Part shown: positions 42,109-51,585 of the stretch, piece by piece
How the letters are laid out: each line of letters opens with the position of its first letter
Position numbering within the stretch: the first letter of the stretch is position 1
Source of the DNA: an uncultured Ornithinimicrobium sp.
Lineage (GTDB): Bacteria > Actinomycetota > Actinomycetes > Actinomycetales > Dermatophilaceae
Length of the DNA stretch: 64,000 nucleotides
Direction of reading: 5' to 3'
NCBI GenBank assembly: GCA_964581125.1
Contig: CAZONQ010000002.1
Span: 1,147-65,146 of the forward strand
Translations under genes and position numbers: made by a program
Notes under the pieces: model-generated
What the model was told of the DNA's origin: nothing
Seen by the model: only the letters and a program-made list of their open reading frames with translations
The model's database searches: none

Positions 42109-42477
42109 ATGAACGCACGAGGGGCGCAGAGGAGCGGGCCGGTCGAGGGGCCGGTCAACGAGGTCCGGCTCGTCGGCCGGGTGAGCGGGGAGCCGACCGT
42201 CCGGCAGATGCCGAGCGGCGACGAGCTGGTGCAGTTCCGCCTGGTCGTGCCGCGTGCGCCGGGACGCGGCGGCGGCCGCGAGACCCGGACCGTGGTCGAC
42301 ACGATCGACGTCGCCTGCTGGTCGAGCCGGGTCCGGCGCACCGCGGTCCGGCTCCCGGACGGCCAGGGCGTCGAGGTGCACGGCAGCCTGCACCGGCGCT
42401 TCTTCGCCGCGGCGGGCGGGCGGGCGTCGCGCTACGAGGTGGAGGCCGGCACGCTGCGCCGGGTGGAGCTGCCGTGA
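42109..42477 (+). CDS. Single-stranded DNA-binding protein paralogue (SsbB-like)
   Basis: NEVRLVGRVS, PSGDELV.FRLVV.R, VDTIDVACW, VEV.G.L.RRF; no acidic tail. Confidence 0.85.
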   Translation: MNARGAQRSGPVEGPVNEVRLVGRVSGEPTVRQMPSGDELVQFRLVVPRAPGRGGGRETRTVVDTIDVACWSSRVRRTAVRLPDGQGVEVHGSLHRRFFAAAGGRASRYEVEAGTLRRVELP

Positions 42478-42513
42478 GCCGCCCGGACCGCGACGCGCGG
42501 GCGGCTCACCGCG

Positions 42514-43578
42514 TCACAGGACCGCGCGCACCACCGGCACCCGGCGCAGCGTCACGACCACCACCGTGGTGACGACCGCCACGACCCCGGCCCGCACCAG
42601 GAGCACGGGCCACGCGGCGACCGGTCCGCCGAGCAGACCCGTGTCGAGCCCGACGAGCAGGACCAGGTAGTGCAGCCCGAAGATCCCGAGCGTGGCGCTG
42701 CCCACGGGGCCAGCGAGCCGCATCGCCGCCGGTCCCGCGAGGGCGCCGAGCGCTCCCCCGGGCCGGACGAGGGTCTGCGCCAGGAGCAGCACGAGGACCG
42801 AGAGCAGCCCCACCGACGGGCTGTAGTAGTGGGCGCCGAGCCACTCCTCCAGCCAGGCGGGCGCCGCGGGGTTGCGCCACTGCCAGCTCAGCAGGCCGCA
42901 CAGCCCCACGACCGCGAGGACGGCCACGGGGACCCAGCGGCCGGGCAGCCGGACGCCACGGAGCGCCCGGCCCATGAGGTAGGGGCCGAGGTAGGGCAGC
43001 CACCAGGTCCAGGCGACGTGGCTGAGCCCGACCCGGCCGCCGTCCGGGCCGAGCGGCCAGGTCGACAGGACGGGCACGGCATAGGCGACGAGCGCCGCGA
43101 CCACGACCTCGCGGCGGGAGGCCCGTGCGAGCCAGGGCACGAGGACGGGTGTGAGGAGGGAGAGCCCCAGGACGATCCAGAAGAAGTAGAGGTGCGGGGC
43201 CACGTCGCCGACGAGGACCTTCACGACGGCGGACCGCGGCCCCTCCCACCAGCCGTCACGGGTCAGCGCCATGTAGAGCACGTAGACGAGGTTCCACACC
43301 ACGACCGCCGGGACCAGGCGCCACGCGCGTCTGCGCAGGTAGTGCCCGCTCCCCCGGAACCGCGACGGGTCCAGCGAGAGCGCCCCGGAGAGCATGACGA
43401 ACACCGGGACGGCCCAGACGAACGAGAGGTCCAGCACCCGTGCCACCCACCCGTCGACGGTCGTCGTCGAGCCGGGCCCGGCCGCGGTGGCGCCCACGGT
43501 GTGGATGAGGACCACGCCGAGGATCGCGACGACCCGCAGCCACGTCACCCAGGCCAGCCGGTCCGCGCGGTCGCTCAT
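42514..43578 (-). CDS. Acyltransferase family 3 membrane protein
   Basis: LRVVAILGVVLIH, WAVPVFVMLSG, HLYF, TLGIFGLH. Confidence 0.88.
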   Translation of the reverse strand: MSDRADRLAWVTWLRVVAILGVVLIHTVGATAAGPGSTTTVDGWVARVLDLSFVWAVPVFVMLSGALSLDPSRFRGSGHYLRRRAWRLVPAVVVWNLVYVLYMALTRDGWWEGPRSAVVKVLVGDVAPHLYFFWIVLGLSLLTPVLVPWLARASRREVVVAALVAYAVPVLSTWPLGPDGGRVGLSHVAWTWWLPYLGPYLMGRALRGVRLPGRWVPVAVLAVVGLCGLLSWQWRNPAAPAWLEEWLGAHYYSPSVGLLSVLVLLLAQTLVRPGGALGALAGPAAMRLAGPVGSATLGIFGLHYLVLLVGLDTGLLGGPVAAWPVLLVRAGVVAVVTTVVVVTLRRVPVVRAVL

Positions 43579-43615
43579 GGGCGCCACTGTGCCACGGGCC
43601 GCCTACGCTGGGGCC

Positions 43616-44464
43616 ATGACCACGCTGACGCCACGCACCCACGCCGCCGGCCGGTCCCGCCTGGTCGCCTACGACCACGGCGCGCAGCTGGCGACGTGGA
43701 CCGTCGACGGGATCAGCCGGGTGTGGGCCTCCGACCACGCGGTCCTCGACGGGTCGGCACCGGTCCGCGGGGGCGTCCCGGTGTGCTTCCCGTGGTTCGC
43801 CGCCGGCCTCTCCGGGGACCTGCGCCCGCCGCACGGCGTGGTGCGCACGGCCGTCTGGCGACCGGTCGCGGCCGCCGGGGCCGAGGTGTGGGCGTGGGAG
43901 ATCACCTCCGACGACGTCGAGGGCTCCCCCGGTGCCGAGCACGTCCCGGGACCCTTCCGCCTGCGCCACGCCGTCTCCCTCGACGAGGAGACCGAGGAGC
44001 TCACCGTCGCCCTGCGGGTCACCAACACCGGCGAGCGGGACTACCGCGCCGAGGTGGCGCTCCACACCTACCTCGGCGTCGAGGACGTCCGCGACGTGGC
44101 CGTCCTCGGCCTCGAGGGCGCGGACTACCTCGACAAGGTCACCGGTCGCCGCGAGGTCCAGGAGGGCGTCCTCGAGCTCGCCGGCGAGACCGACCGGGTC
44201 TACGACCGCAGCGGCCCCGTCGTCGTGGAGGACCGCGCCGCCCTGCTCCACCACGAGCTGCGGCCCTCCGGCGCCACCCAGACGGTCGTGTGGAACCCAT
44301 GGGCCGACCGGGCCGCCGCCATGGCCGACCTCGGCGACGACGAGTGGCTGCGCTTCCTCTGCGTCGAGACCGCGGCGACCGGCGACCGTGCGCTCACCGT
44401 CCCCTCCGGGGCCACCGCGACGGTCTCCTGCGCGTTGCGGCAGCACCACTCCCCCGCCTCATGA
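43616..44464 (+). CDS. D-hexose-6-phosphate mutarotase (aldose 1-epimerase family)
   Basis: VRGGVPVCFPWF, HGVVR, ALHTYL, ETDRVY, VVWNPW, FLCVE. Confidence 0.92.
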   Translation: MTTLTPRTHAAGRSRLVAYDHGAQLATWTVDGISRVWASDHAVLDGSAPVRGGVPVCFPWFAAGLSGDLRPPHGVVRTAVWRPVAAAGAEVWAWEITSDDVEGSPGAEHVPGPFRLRHAVSLDEETEELTVALRVTNTGERDYRAEVALHTYLGVEDVRDVAVLGLEGADYLDKVTGRREVQEGVLELAGETDRVYDRSGPVVVEDRAALLHHELRPSGATQTVVWNPWADRAAAMADLGDDEWLRFLCVETAATGDRALTVPSGATATVSCALRQHHSPAS

Positions 44465-44477
44465 CAGGCTTGACCCC

Positions 44478-46025
44478 GTGACAGACACCTCCTCCGACGA
44501 GAGGCAGCCCGGCGACCTCGGCCAGGACGTGCCCACCGGCGACGGCACCACCCCGACCGGCGCGGCACCCGGCGGAACCACCCCCGGCGGCACCGGTGGC
44601 ACCGGGGACGGGACCGTCGACCGCGGCGCCCTCATCCTCCAGGGCCTGCGGGGCGCGGCCTCGTGGGCGTGGCGCCTGCTGCTGGTCGCCGCGGCGATCG
44701 CGCTGTTCTTCTACATCGTCGGCAAGCTGTGGGTGGGGGTCCTCCCCCTCATCCTCGCGCTCATCGTCACCACGGTGCTGTGGCCGCCGGTCGCCTGGCT
44801 GCGTCGGCACCGCTGGCCGGCCGGCCTGGGCGCCGGCGTCGTGCTCCTCCTGGCGCTGGCCGTCTTCGTCGGCAGCCTGGCCGCGATCGCGCCCAGCGTG
44901 GTCAACCAGGGCCAGATCATCGTGCGGCAGGCCGGCCAGGGCCTGCGGATGGTGCACGAGTGGCTCTCCGGTCCCCCGCTCAACCTCGAGAACGAGCAGG
45001 TCGACGAGTACGTCGACCAGGCCACCCGCTGGCTGCAGCAGCAGGCCAGCGACATCGCCTCCGGCGTGATCAGCGGCGTGTCCACGGCGGGCGGCGTCAT
45101 CGTCACGCTGGCCATGGTGCTCGTCCTGACCTTCTTCTTCCTCAAGGACGGCGACCGCTTCCTGCCGTGGCTGCGCCGCTCCGTCGGCCCCACCGCGGGC
45201 ATGCACCTGACCGAGTCGCTCTCCCGCATGTGGGTGACCCTGGGCGGGTTCATCCGGGCCCAGGCGCTCGTCTCGCTGGTCGACGCCTTCTTCATCGGCC
45301 TGGGCCTGCTGCTGCTCGGGGTGCCGATGGCCTTCGCGCTGGCCCTCATCACGTTCTTCGCCGGCTTCATCCCGATCGTCGGCGCCGTCACCGCCGGCGC
45401 CCTCGCCGTGCTCGTGGCGCTGGTCTCCTCCGGCTTCATGACGGCCGTGTGGGTCCTCGTCATCGTGCTCGCCGTCCAGCAGCTCGAGGGCAACGTCCTC
45501 ACCCCGATCCTGCAGAGCCGCAGCATGGACCTGCACCCCGTGGTCATCCTGCTCGCGGTCGCCGCCGGCGGCACCCGCTGGGGCATCGTGGGGGCCTTCC
45601 TCGCCGTGCCCGTCACGGCCACCGCGGTGAGCCTCATGCGCTACGCCAGCGAGCAGCTCGACCTGCGCACCGGCAAGGTGCGGGCGGAGGACGTCCGCGC
45701 GCTCACCGACCATGGGCGCCAGGCCGCCCTGCTCGCCCAGGACGAGGCGCCCGTCCTCCAGATGCGCGCCCGCCGGGCCCAGGACCGGGTCGAGCACGAG
45801 CGGGGCGCCGCCCGCGCAGCCACGGCCGCCTCCGCGCAGGGCCAGACGCTCCGCGAGCGGGTGATGGGCCCGGTGGGGATGGTCCTGCAGCGCCGGCGGC
45901 AGCACGACGAGCACGACGGGCACGACGAGCACGACGACGCCGCCGCCCGGGGGCCGGCCGGGGACACGCCGGAGGCCGGGACGCGGCAGCCCGACGAGCG
46001 GGCCGGCCGCACCCCGACCTCCTGA
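44478..46025 (+). CDS. AI-2E family transporter
   Basis: AWRLL, FFFLKDG, FIPIVGA, QQLEGNVL.P, LHPVV, GAFLAVP. Confidence 0.92.
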   Translation: MTDTSSDERQPGDLGQDVPTGDGTTPTGAAPGGTTPGGTGGTGDGTVDRGALILQGLRGAASWAWRLLLVAAAIALFFYIVGKLWVGVLPLILALIVTTVLWPPVAWLRRHRWPAGLGAGVVLLLALAVFVGSLAAIAPSVVNQGQIIVRQAGQGLRMVHEWLSGPPLNLENEQVDEYVDQATRWLQQQASDIASGVISGVSTAGGVIVTLAMVLVLTFFFLKDGDRFLPWLRRSVGPTAGMHLTESLSRMWVTLGGFIRAQALVSLVDAFFIGLGLLLLGVPMAFALALITFFAGFIPIVGAVTAGALAVLVALVSSGFMTAVWVLVIVLAVQQLEGNVLTPILQSRSMDLHPVVILLAVAAGGTRWGIVGAFLAVPVTATAVSLMRYASEQLDLRTGKVRAEDVRALTDHGRQAALLAQDEAPVLQMRARRAQDRVEHERGAARAATAASAQGQTLRERVMGPVGMVLQRRRQHDEHDGHDEHDDAAARGPAGDTPEAGTRQPDERAGRTPTS

Positions 46026-46046
46026 GACGGCAGGGCCGGACGGCCC

Positions 46047-46232
46047 TCAGCGGTCGGTCGCGTCCTTCCAGGCGTCCTTGGCCTTCTCGCCGGCCTGCTT
46101 GACGTTGGCCTCGACCTGCTCGCCGACGCCCTCCGCCTCCATGCGCTCGTTGTCGGTGGCGTCGCCGAGGTGCTCCTTGACCTTGCCCTTGGCCTCCTCG
46201 GCCGCGTTCTGGATCTTGTCACCCATACCCAT
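46047..46232 (-). CDS. CsbD family stress protein
   Basis: DKIQNAAEEAKGKVKE..G.ATDNE..EAEG. Confidence 0.9.
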   Translation of the reverse strand: MGMGDKIQNAAEEAKGKVKEHLGDATDNERMEAEGVGEQVEANVKQAGEKAKDAWKDATDR

Positions 46233-46338
46233 GGGTCTCTCCTTCTCGTCGGGCGGTTGATCGGACGCCTCCCACCCTGTGCCGAGGATCGCCGTGCCGC
46301 AACCGCACGCGACGCCGCCGGTGTGCGACGCTTCGGCC

Positions 46339-47730
46339 ATGACCACGACGAACGGCGTGCTGCGGGCCGACCCCGCCCTCGAGCGCACCCGCGCCCACCA
46401 GCGCGCCTGGGGCTGGTACGACTGGGCCAACTCGGCCTACGTCACCACCACCGGCACCGTCCTCATCAGCCCCTACCTGACGTCGCTCGCCCGCGCCGAC
46501 GCGTGCCCGGACCTGACCGCCGGCGAGAGCTGCGACGCGACGCTGCACGTGCTCGGCGTCCCGGTGGCCGTCGGCTCCGTGGCCCCCTACACGATCACGG
46601 TCGCCACGATCGTCTCGGCGCTCGTGCTCCTCTTCGTCGGCGCGATCGCCGACCGCCACCCGCGCCCGACGTGGCTGCTGGGCGGGCTGGCCTGGGCCGG
46701 CGCCACCGCCGCCTCGCTCATGTTCTTCCTCCAGGGCAGCAACTGGCAGCTGGGCGTGCTCCTCGTGGTGGTCGCCAACCTCTGCCTGGGCGCCTCCACC
46801 GTCGTCTACGACGCGCTGCTCAACCGCGTCGCCCACCCCGACGACCGCGACAAGGTGTCCTCCCGGGCCTGGGCGCTGGGCTACCTCGGCGGCGGCCTGC
46901 TGCTCGCCCTCAACCTGGTCCTCCTGCAGACCTACGAGAGCCTCGGCCTGACCTACGTCATGGCGATCCGCGTCTCCCTGCTGTCCGCCGGCCTGTGGTG
47001 GGCGGTCTTCACGCTCATCCCGGTCATCGGGCTGCGCCGGATCCGCGGCACCACGGCCACCCCCGTGGAGCGCAGCGCCGGCGTCGTCGGCGGCACGCTC
47101 CGCCAGCTGCGCGACACCTTCGGCGAGCTGCGCCGCTACCCCCACACGCTCACCTTCCTGCTGGCCTACCTCTTCTTCAACGACGGCATCCAGACCGTCA
47201 TCGCCTCGGCCGCGCTCTACGGCACCGAGGCGCTGGGCTTCGACACCGCCCAGATGACGATCACGATCCTCGTGGTCCAGTTCGTCGCCTTCTTCGGCGC
47301 GCTCTTCTTCGGCTTCGTCGCCGGCCGCTTCGGTGCCAAGCGCACCGTCCTGGGCGGCATCGTCATGTGGACCCTCGTCGTCGCCTTCGCCTACACCGTC
47401 CCCCGCGGGGCGTTCACGGTGTGGCTGGTCTGCGCCGTGCTCATCGGCACGGTGATGGGCGGCACGCAGGCGCTGTCCCGCTCCCTCTACTCCCAGCTCA
47501 TCCCCCGCGGGCGCGAGTCGGAGTTCTTCAGCTTCTACCAGGCCATGGAGCGCGGCACGAGCTGGTTCGGCACCCTCGCCTTCGGCCTCACCTACCAGCT
47601 CACCGGGTCCTACCGGCCGGCGATCCTGGTGACGATCTTCTTCTTCGTCGTCGGCGGGCTGATCCTCACCCGGGTGCGCATGCGCGAGGGCATCGAGCAG
47701 GCCGGCAACGAGCAGCCGCGCGTCGTCTGA
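46339..47730 (+). CDS. MFS transporter (UMF1/ATG22-like)
   Basis: WGWYDWANSAY, VSSRAWALGYLGG, FFNDGIQTVI, QALSRSLYS.LIP. Confidence 0.92.
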   Translation: MTTTNGVLRADPALERTRAHQRAWGWYDWANSAYVTTTGTVLISPYLTSLARADACPDLTAGESCDATLHVLGVPVAVGSVAPYTITVATIVSALVLLFVGAIADRHPRPTWLLGGLAWAGATAASLMFFLQGSNWQLGVLLVVVANLCLGASTVVYDALLNRVAHPDDRDKVSSRAWALGYLGGGLLLALNLVLLQTYESLGLTYVMAIRVSLLSAGLWWAVFTLIPVIGLRRIRGTTATPVERSAGVVGGTLRQLRDTFGELRRYPHTLTFLLAYLFFNDGIQTVIASAALYGTEALGFDTAQMTITILVVQFVAFFGALFFGFVAGRFGAKRTVLGGIVMWTLVVAFAYTVPRGAFTVWLVCAVLIGTVMGGTQALSRSLYSQLIPRGRESEFFSFYQAMERGTSWFGTLAFGLTYQLTGSYRPAILVTIFFFVVGGLILTRVRMREGIEQAGNEQPRVV

Positions 47731-47750
47731 GGCAGCGCTCCCCCGGGCAG

Positions 47751-47788
47751 CGCGACGGCCCCGGACCGTGGTGTCCGGGGCCGTCGCG
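47751..47788. terminator. Bidirectional hairpin between convergent MFS and rbpA
   Basis: 16-bp perfect stem CGCGACGGCCCCGGAC / GTCCGGGGCCGTCGCG. Confidence 0.75.
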
Positions 47789-47805
47789 TGAGGTATGCGG
47801 TGCGG

Positions 47806-48165
47806 TCAGGCGGTGCGCTTGCGGCTCGACTTGGTGCCGCGCTGGGTGCGCAGCAGGTCCAGGCGCTCCTCGAGCAGCTCCTCGAGCTCGGGGATGGAGC
47901 GGCGCTCCAGCAGCATGTCCCAGTGGGTGCGCTGGGGCTTGGTCGGCTTGGTCTCCGGCTCGGGGCCGTCGACGAGCTTGGCGTCCAGACCGCAGCGGCA
48001 CTCCCACAGCGAGGGGATCTCGGCCTCGACCGAGAAGGGCAGCTCGCTGATGTGGCCGTCCGGGCAGACGTAGCGGGTGATGCGACGCTCGCTGAACGTC
48101 ACGCCCTCGTCGCTCTCGAAAGACAGCCAGCTCAGGTTCGTTCCGCGGAGGGACCTCTCAGCCAT
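47806..48165 (-). CDS. rbpA: RNA polymerase-binding protein RbpA
   Basis: MAERSLRG, YVCPDGH, WECRCG, RTHWDMLLERRSI.ELEELL.ERL. Confidence 0.96.
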   Translation of the reverse strand: MAERSLRGTNLSWLSFESDEGVTFSERRITRYVCPDGHISELPFSVEAEIPSLWECRCGLDAKLVDGPEPETKPTKPQRTHWDMLLERRSIPELEELLEERLDLLRTQRGTKSSRKRTA

Positions 48166-48211
48166 GTGCACTCCAATCGTGTCGCTGACACGGAGAATCG
48201 TTCGGTCGGTC

Positions 48212-48227
48212 TGTGATGTGACTCACG
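48212..48227. promoter_or_regulatory. CRP/GlxR-type box TGTGA-N6-TCACG in the rbpA leader
   Basis: 9/10 match to TGTGA-N6-TCACA. Confidence 0.55.
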
Positions 48228-48232
48228 GTTGC

Positions 48233-48258
48233 AACGTCCTCCGCGGCCACGGTGTTCC
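48233..48258 (-). promoter_or_regulatory. SigR/SigH/SigE-type ECF promoter GGAAC-N17-CGTT for rbpA
   Basis: Exact motif on the minus strand; rbpA is an established target of this sigma family in Streptomyces and mycobacteria. Confidence 0.8.
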
Positions 48259-48379
48259 CGAGCACGCGCGCCGAAAGAGGACCGCCGGGCGGCGGCGCGC
48301 AGCACTGGGGTATCTATCCATGGTAGCGACAACGGCCGCGCCGGGCCAGCCGAGCAGGTCAGGGCCGGGGACGGACGCC

Positions 48380-48943
48380 TCAGCGGTCGAGCGGCGGGGG
48401 CCCTGCGGGCCCCGGCCAGGTGCCCGGCGCGGGCTCCTCGGAGACGACCTCGCCCTCGATCACCTGGCCCTGGCCGGGAGCCCTGCGCGGCCGGCCCGGC
48501 ACGTCCCCCGGCACCCCGGCGACGGTCCGCAGGCGCAGCGCCTGCTGGGCCACGACGACCTGGAGCAGCCGCCGGGCCAGCGGGCGGGTGAAGGGCAGGA
48601 CGAGCACGAGGCCGAGGACGTCGCTGACGAAGCCGGGCAGGATGAGCAGGAAGGCCCCGGCGGTGACGAGGATCGCGTCGGTCGCCTCGTCGGCCGGCAT
48701 CTTCCCGGACTCGACGGCCCGCCGCAGCGCGCCGAAGGTGCGCCCGGTCTCGCGGCGGGACAGCCAGGTGCCCAGCACCGCCATGCCGAGCAGCAGCACG
48801 ACCGTCCAGCCGAGGCCGATCGACTTCCCGACCGCGACGAGGACGACGATCTCGACGAGGGGCAGCAGGATGAGCGCCGCGAGGAGCCACCGCAGCCAGC
48901 TGCGGCGGCGCGGTCGGGCGGTGGGGCCGGCGGTCATCGTCAT
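48380..48943 (-). CDS. fxsA: FxsA family membrane protein
   Basis: PLVEIVVL, GWTV, LLILPGFVSD.LG, VIEGEVV. Confidence 0.92.
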   Translation of the reverse strand: MTMTAGPTARPRRRSWLRWLLAALILLPLVEIVVLVAVGKSIGLGWTVVLLLGMAVLGTWLSRRETGRTFGALRRAVESGKMPADEATDAILVTAGAFLLILPGFVSDVLGLVLVLPFTRPLARRLLQVVVAQQALRLRTVAGVPGDVPGRPRRAPGQGQVIEGEVVSEEPAPGTWPGPAGPPPLDR

Positions 48944-48951
48944 CTCGCTCC

Positions 48952-49740
48952 TTACAGGTGGTGCCACCCGGAGGAACGCCGCAGCCGGCCCAGACGTTCC
49001 CGCAGCTGGCGCGCCCGCCGCTGCACACCCCATACCCCGACCCGCACGGCGGCCTCGCGCACGATGGCGTCGTCCATCTTGGAGGTGCCCACCTCGCGCT
49101 CCACGAAGGCGACCGGGACCTCGACGACGGTGAGCCCGCGGTCGACGGCGCGGAGCGTGAGGTCGACCTGGAAGCAGTAGCCCTGCGAGGCGACGTCGTG
49201 GGTGTCCATGGCGCGCAGCGCCGCCAGCCGGTAGACGCGGAAGCCGGCGGTCGCGTCGCGCACGTCGATGCCGAGCGCGAGCCGGGCGTAGGTGTTGGCG
49301 CCGACCGAGAGCGCCCGCCGGTGCAGCGGCCAGTTGTGGACCGAGCCGCCGGGGACCCACCGCGACCCCACGACGACGTCGGCGTCGGCCGCGGCGACGA
49401 GGAGCGAGGGCAGCTGCTCGGGCTGGTGCGAGCCGTCGGCGTCGATCTCCACCACCGCGTCGTAGCCGCGCTCGTCGGCCCACCGGAAGCCGGCGAGGTA
49501 GGCCGGGCCGAGCCCCTGCTTGCCCGGCCGGTGCAACACGTGCACCTGCGGGTCCGCCGCCGCGAGGCGGTCGGCGAGCTCGCCGGTGCCGTCGGGGCTG
49601 TTGTCGTCGAGCACGAGGACGTCCGCCTCGGGCACGGCGGCGCGGATGCGGCCGACGATCATCTCCAGGTTGCCCACCTCGTTGTAGGTGGGCACGCAGA
49701 CGCAGACGCGCTCGACCGGCGCGCGGTGGGTCGGGGTCAC
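48952..49740 (-). CDS. ppm1: Polyprenol monophosphomannose synthase
   Basis: PTYNE, DDNSPDGTG, GLGPAY, DADGSH, GSRWVPGG, GYCFQVD. Confidence 0.95.
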   Translation of the reverse strand: MTPTHRAPVERVCVCVPTYNEVGNLEMIVGRIRAAVPEADVLVLDDNSPDGTGELADRLAAADPQVHVLHRPGKQGLGPAYLAGFRWADERGYDAVVEIDADGSHQPEQLPSLLVAAADADVVVGSRWVPGGSVHNWPLHRRALSVGANTYARLALGIDVRDATAGFRVYRLAALRAMDTHDVASQGYCFQVDLTLRAVDRGLTVVEVPVAFVEREVGTSKMDDAIVREAAVRVGVWGVQRRARQLRERLGRLRRSSGWHHL

Positions 49741-51272
49741 CGGGGCAGCCTACGTCCCGTCCGGGACCCGGTCGGACGCAGCAGCCCGAGCAGCACGACG
49801 AGGGCGGCGGCCGGCACCACCCACGGCCCCGTCGTCACCGCGAGGGTCCGGGCGGTGCGCAGCGGCAGGTCGCCGACCAGGGTCGCCTCGGTGAACAGCT
49901 CGGTCCGCTCGTGCACGGCGCCGTCCGGCGTGACGAGCCCGGAGACGCCGACGTTGCTGATGTGGACGACGGAGCGGCCGTACTCGACGGCACGCACCCG
50001 TGAGGTGGCCAGGTGCTGCACGGACTGGTCGCCGTCGCCGAACCAGGCGTTGCTCGTCGGCACGACCAGCAGCTCCGCCCCGCCGACGACCACGTCGCGG
50101 ACGGCCGGGTCGACGACGACCTCGAAGCAGATCGCCAGGCCCAGGTCGACCTCACCCCCGTCGCGCAGCGGCACCGGCATGACGCCCGGCTCGTCGCCGG
50201 CGGCGAAGTCGACGATGCGGTCCACCCACGGGCTCAGGTGGCGCATGAGCGGGCGCAGCGGCATGACCTCGCCGAAGGGCGCGAGGTAGATCTTGCTGTA
50301 GGTCTCGTCCAGCCCGGTGCCGGGCAGGTAGCTGAAGACCATGTTCCAGGGCGGGCCGTCGGGGTCGCCCTGCCGCGAGGTGCCACCGAGCACCACCGGG
50401 GCGTCCACGTCGTCGACGGCCTCCATGATCCGCGCGGTCGCCGCCGCGCCCTGCCGGGGGCTGAGCGGGTCGAGGTCGGTCGCACCCTCGGGCCACAGCA
50501 CGACGTCGGGGTATGGGGTCTCCCCCGACCGCACGTCCGCCGCCAGGGCGTGGGTCCGGTCGGTGTAGCGCTGCAGCATCGTCCCCGGAGGCGCGGTGAG
50601 CGTGCGGGTGAAGCCCTCCGGGATGTCGCCCTGGACCGCGGCCACGGTGACGCTCTCCCCCGCCGTGGGCCGCGGGACCAGCAGCGGGGCCAGGACGAGG
50701 GCGAGCGCGGCGGCGACGGCGGCCAGGGCACGGCCCGGGTGCGCGCGGCGGCGCTCGAGGAGCCGCTGGGCGGCGACGGCGAGCAGGCCGCCGACGAGGG
50801 CCACGAGGAAGCCCAGGCCCGGCACGGCGACGAGGCTGACGGCCCCGAGCATCGGTGAGTCCGCCTGGCTGAAGGCGACCCGCGCCCAGGGGAAGCCGCC
50901 GAACGGGGTGACCGAGCGGGCGTACTCCATGAGCACCCAGGCGGCGGCGCCGACGACCGGGCGGACCGCACCCCCGCGCTGCAGGACGGTGAGGAGCACC
51001 CCCAGGGCGGCCGGGTAGAGGGCCGAGGCGGCGCTCATCGCCAGCCACGGCGCGGGCCCGGCGTAGGTGCTGGCCCAGGTGAACATCGGGGTGTACCACG
51101 CCAGGCCGAGGAGGAAGCCGCCCAGCGTGCCCGCCCACCAGCGCGCTCCGGCGGTGGCCAGCGCCAGCGCACCGCAGCCGACCGGGGCCAGCCACCAGAC
51201 GTCGTGGCCCGGGAACGCCAGCAGCAGCGCCGCCCCGCCGAGCAGCGCGAGGAGGAGGCGGTGGGGCAGCAC
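49737..51272 (-). CDS. lnt: Apolipoprotein N-acyltransferase
   Basis: PFGGFPW, WPE, K.YLAPFGE, AICFE, SNAWF, RAVEYGR; TAGGCT -10 box 7 nt before GTG. Confidence 0.94.
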   Translation of the reverse strand: MLPHRLLLALLGGAALLLAFPGHDVWWLAPVGCGALALATAGARWWAGTLGGFLLGLAWYTPMFTWASTYAGPAPWLAMSAASALYPAALGVLLTVLQRGGAVRPVVGAAAWVLMEYARSVTPFGGFPWARVAFSQADSPMLGAVSLVAVPGLGFLVALVGGLLAVAAQRLLERRRAHPGRALAAVAAALALVLAPLLVPRPTAGESVTVAAVQGDIPEGFTRTLTAPPGTMLQRYTDRTHALAADVRSGETPYPDVVLWPEGATDLDPLSPRQGAAATARIMEAVDDVDAPVVLGGTSRQGDPDGPPWNMVFSYLPGTGLDETYSKIYLAPFGEVMPLRPLMRHLSPWVDRIVDFAAGDEPGVMPVPLRDGGEVDLGLAICFEVVVDPAVRDVVVGGAELLVVPTSNAWFGDGDQSVQHLATSRVRAVEYGRSVVHISNVGVSGLVTPDGAVHERTELFTEATLVGDLPLRTARTLAVTTGPWVVPAAALVVLLGLLRPTGSRTGRRLPR

Positions 51273-51309
51273 GGGGGTCAGCCTACGTGGCGAGGGACCC
51301 GCCCCGGAC

Positions 51310-51433
51310 GCGGCCGGGCCCCGCCACCTTTGGGGCCGGGCCCGGGACGGCTGGCAGCCGGTCACGGTCCCGTTGTCTACTCGGTGGGCGGGGCCCTGGC
51401 TCCCCCACCACGTCGGCGACGTGCCACGGGGAC
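51310..51433 (-). ncRNA. Candidate small RNA or structured leader upstream of lnt
   Basis: Follows a near-consensus sigma-A promoter; contains GGGAC..CGGCTG/AGCCG..GTCCC and CCGGGCCC/GGGCCCGG hairpins. Confidence 0.4.
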
Positions 51434-51439
51434 GCACCG

Positions 51440-51468
51440 AAACTATGCGGCCGGCGGTCGGGTGTCAA
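51440..51468 (-). promoter_or_regulatory. Sigma-A promoter TTGACA-N17-TAGTTT
   Basis: Perfect -35, 17-bp spacer, TAnnnT -10. Confidence 0.8.
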
Positions 51469-51551
51469 CCGGCGGCTGACCTGCACGGATGTGCATCCTC
51501 GCAGGTCATCGCACCTGCGCGGGCGGGCAACCGGGCCCCGGACGGGAGCTT

Positions 51552-51583
51552 TCCCCGGCGTGTCGGGCGCGACACGCCGGGGA
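51552..51583 (-). terminator. Hairpin terminating the kdd-kamDE-kal operon
   Basis: 14-bp perfect stem TCCCCGGCGTGTCG / CGACACGCCGGGGA just after the kal stop. Confidence 0.75.
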
Positions 51584-51585
51584 GC

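Noticed and set aside
45903-45938. CACGACG(A/G)G repeats in the AI-2E gene and GGT-rich repeats near 44560-44610
   Set aside because: Low-complexity coding of disordered tails.
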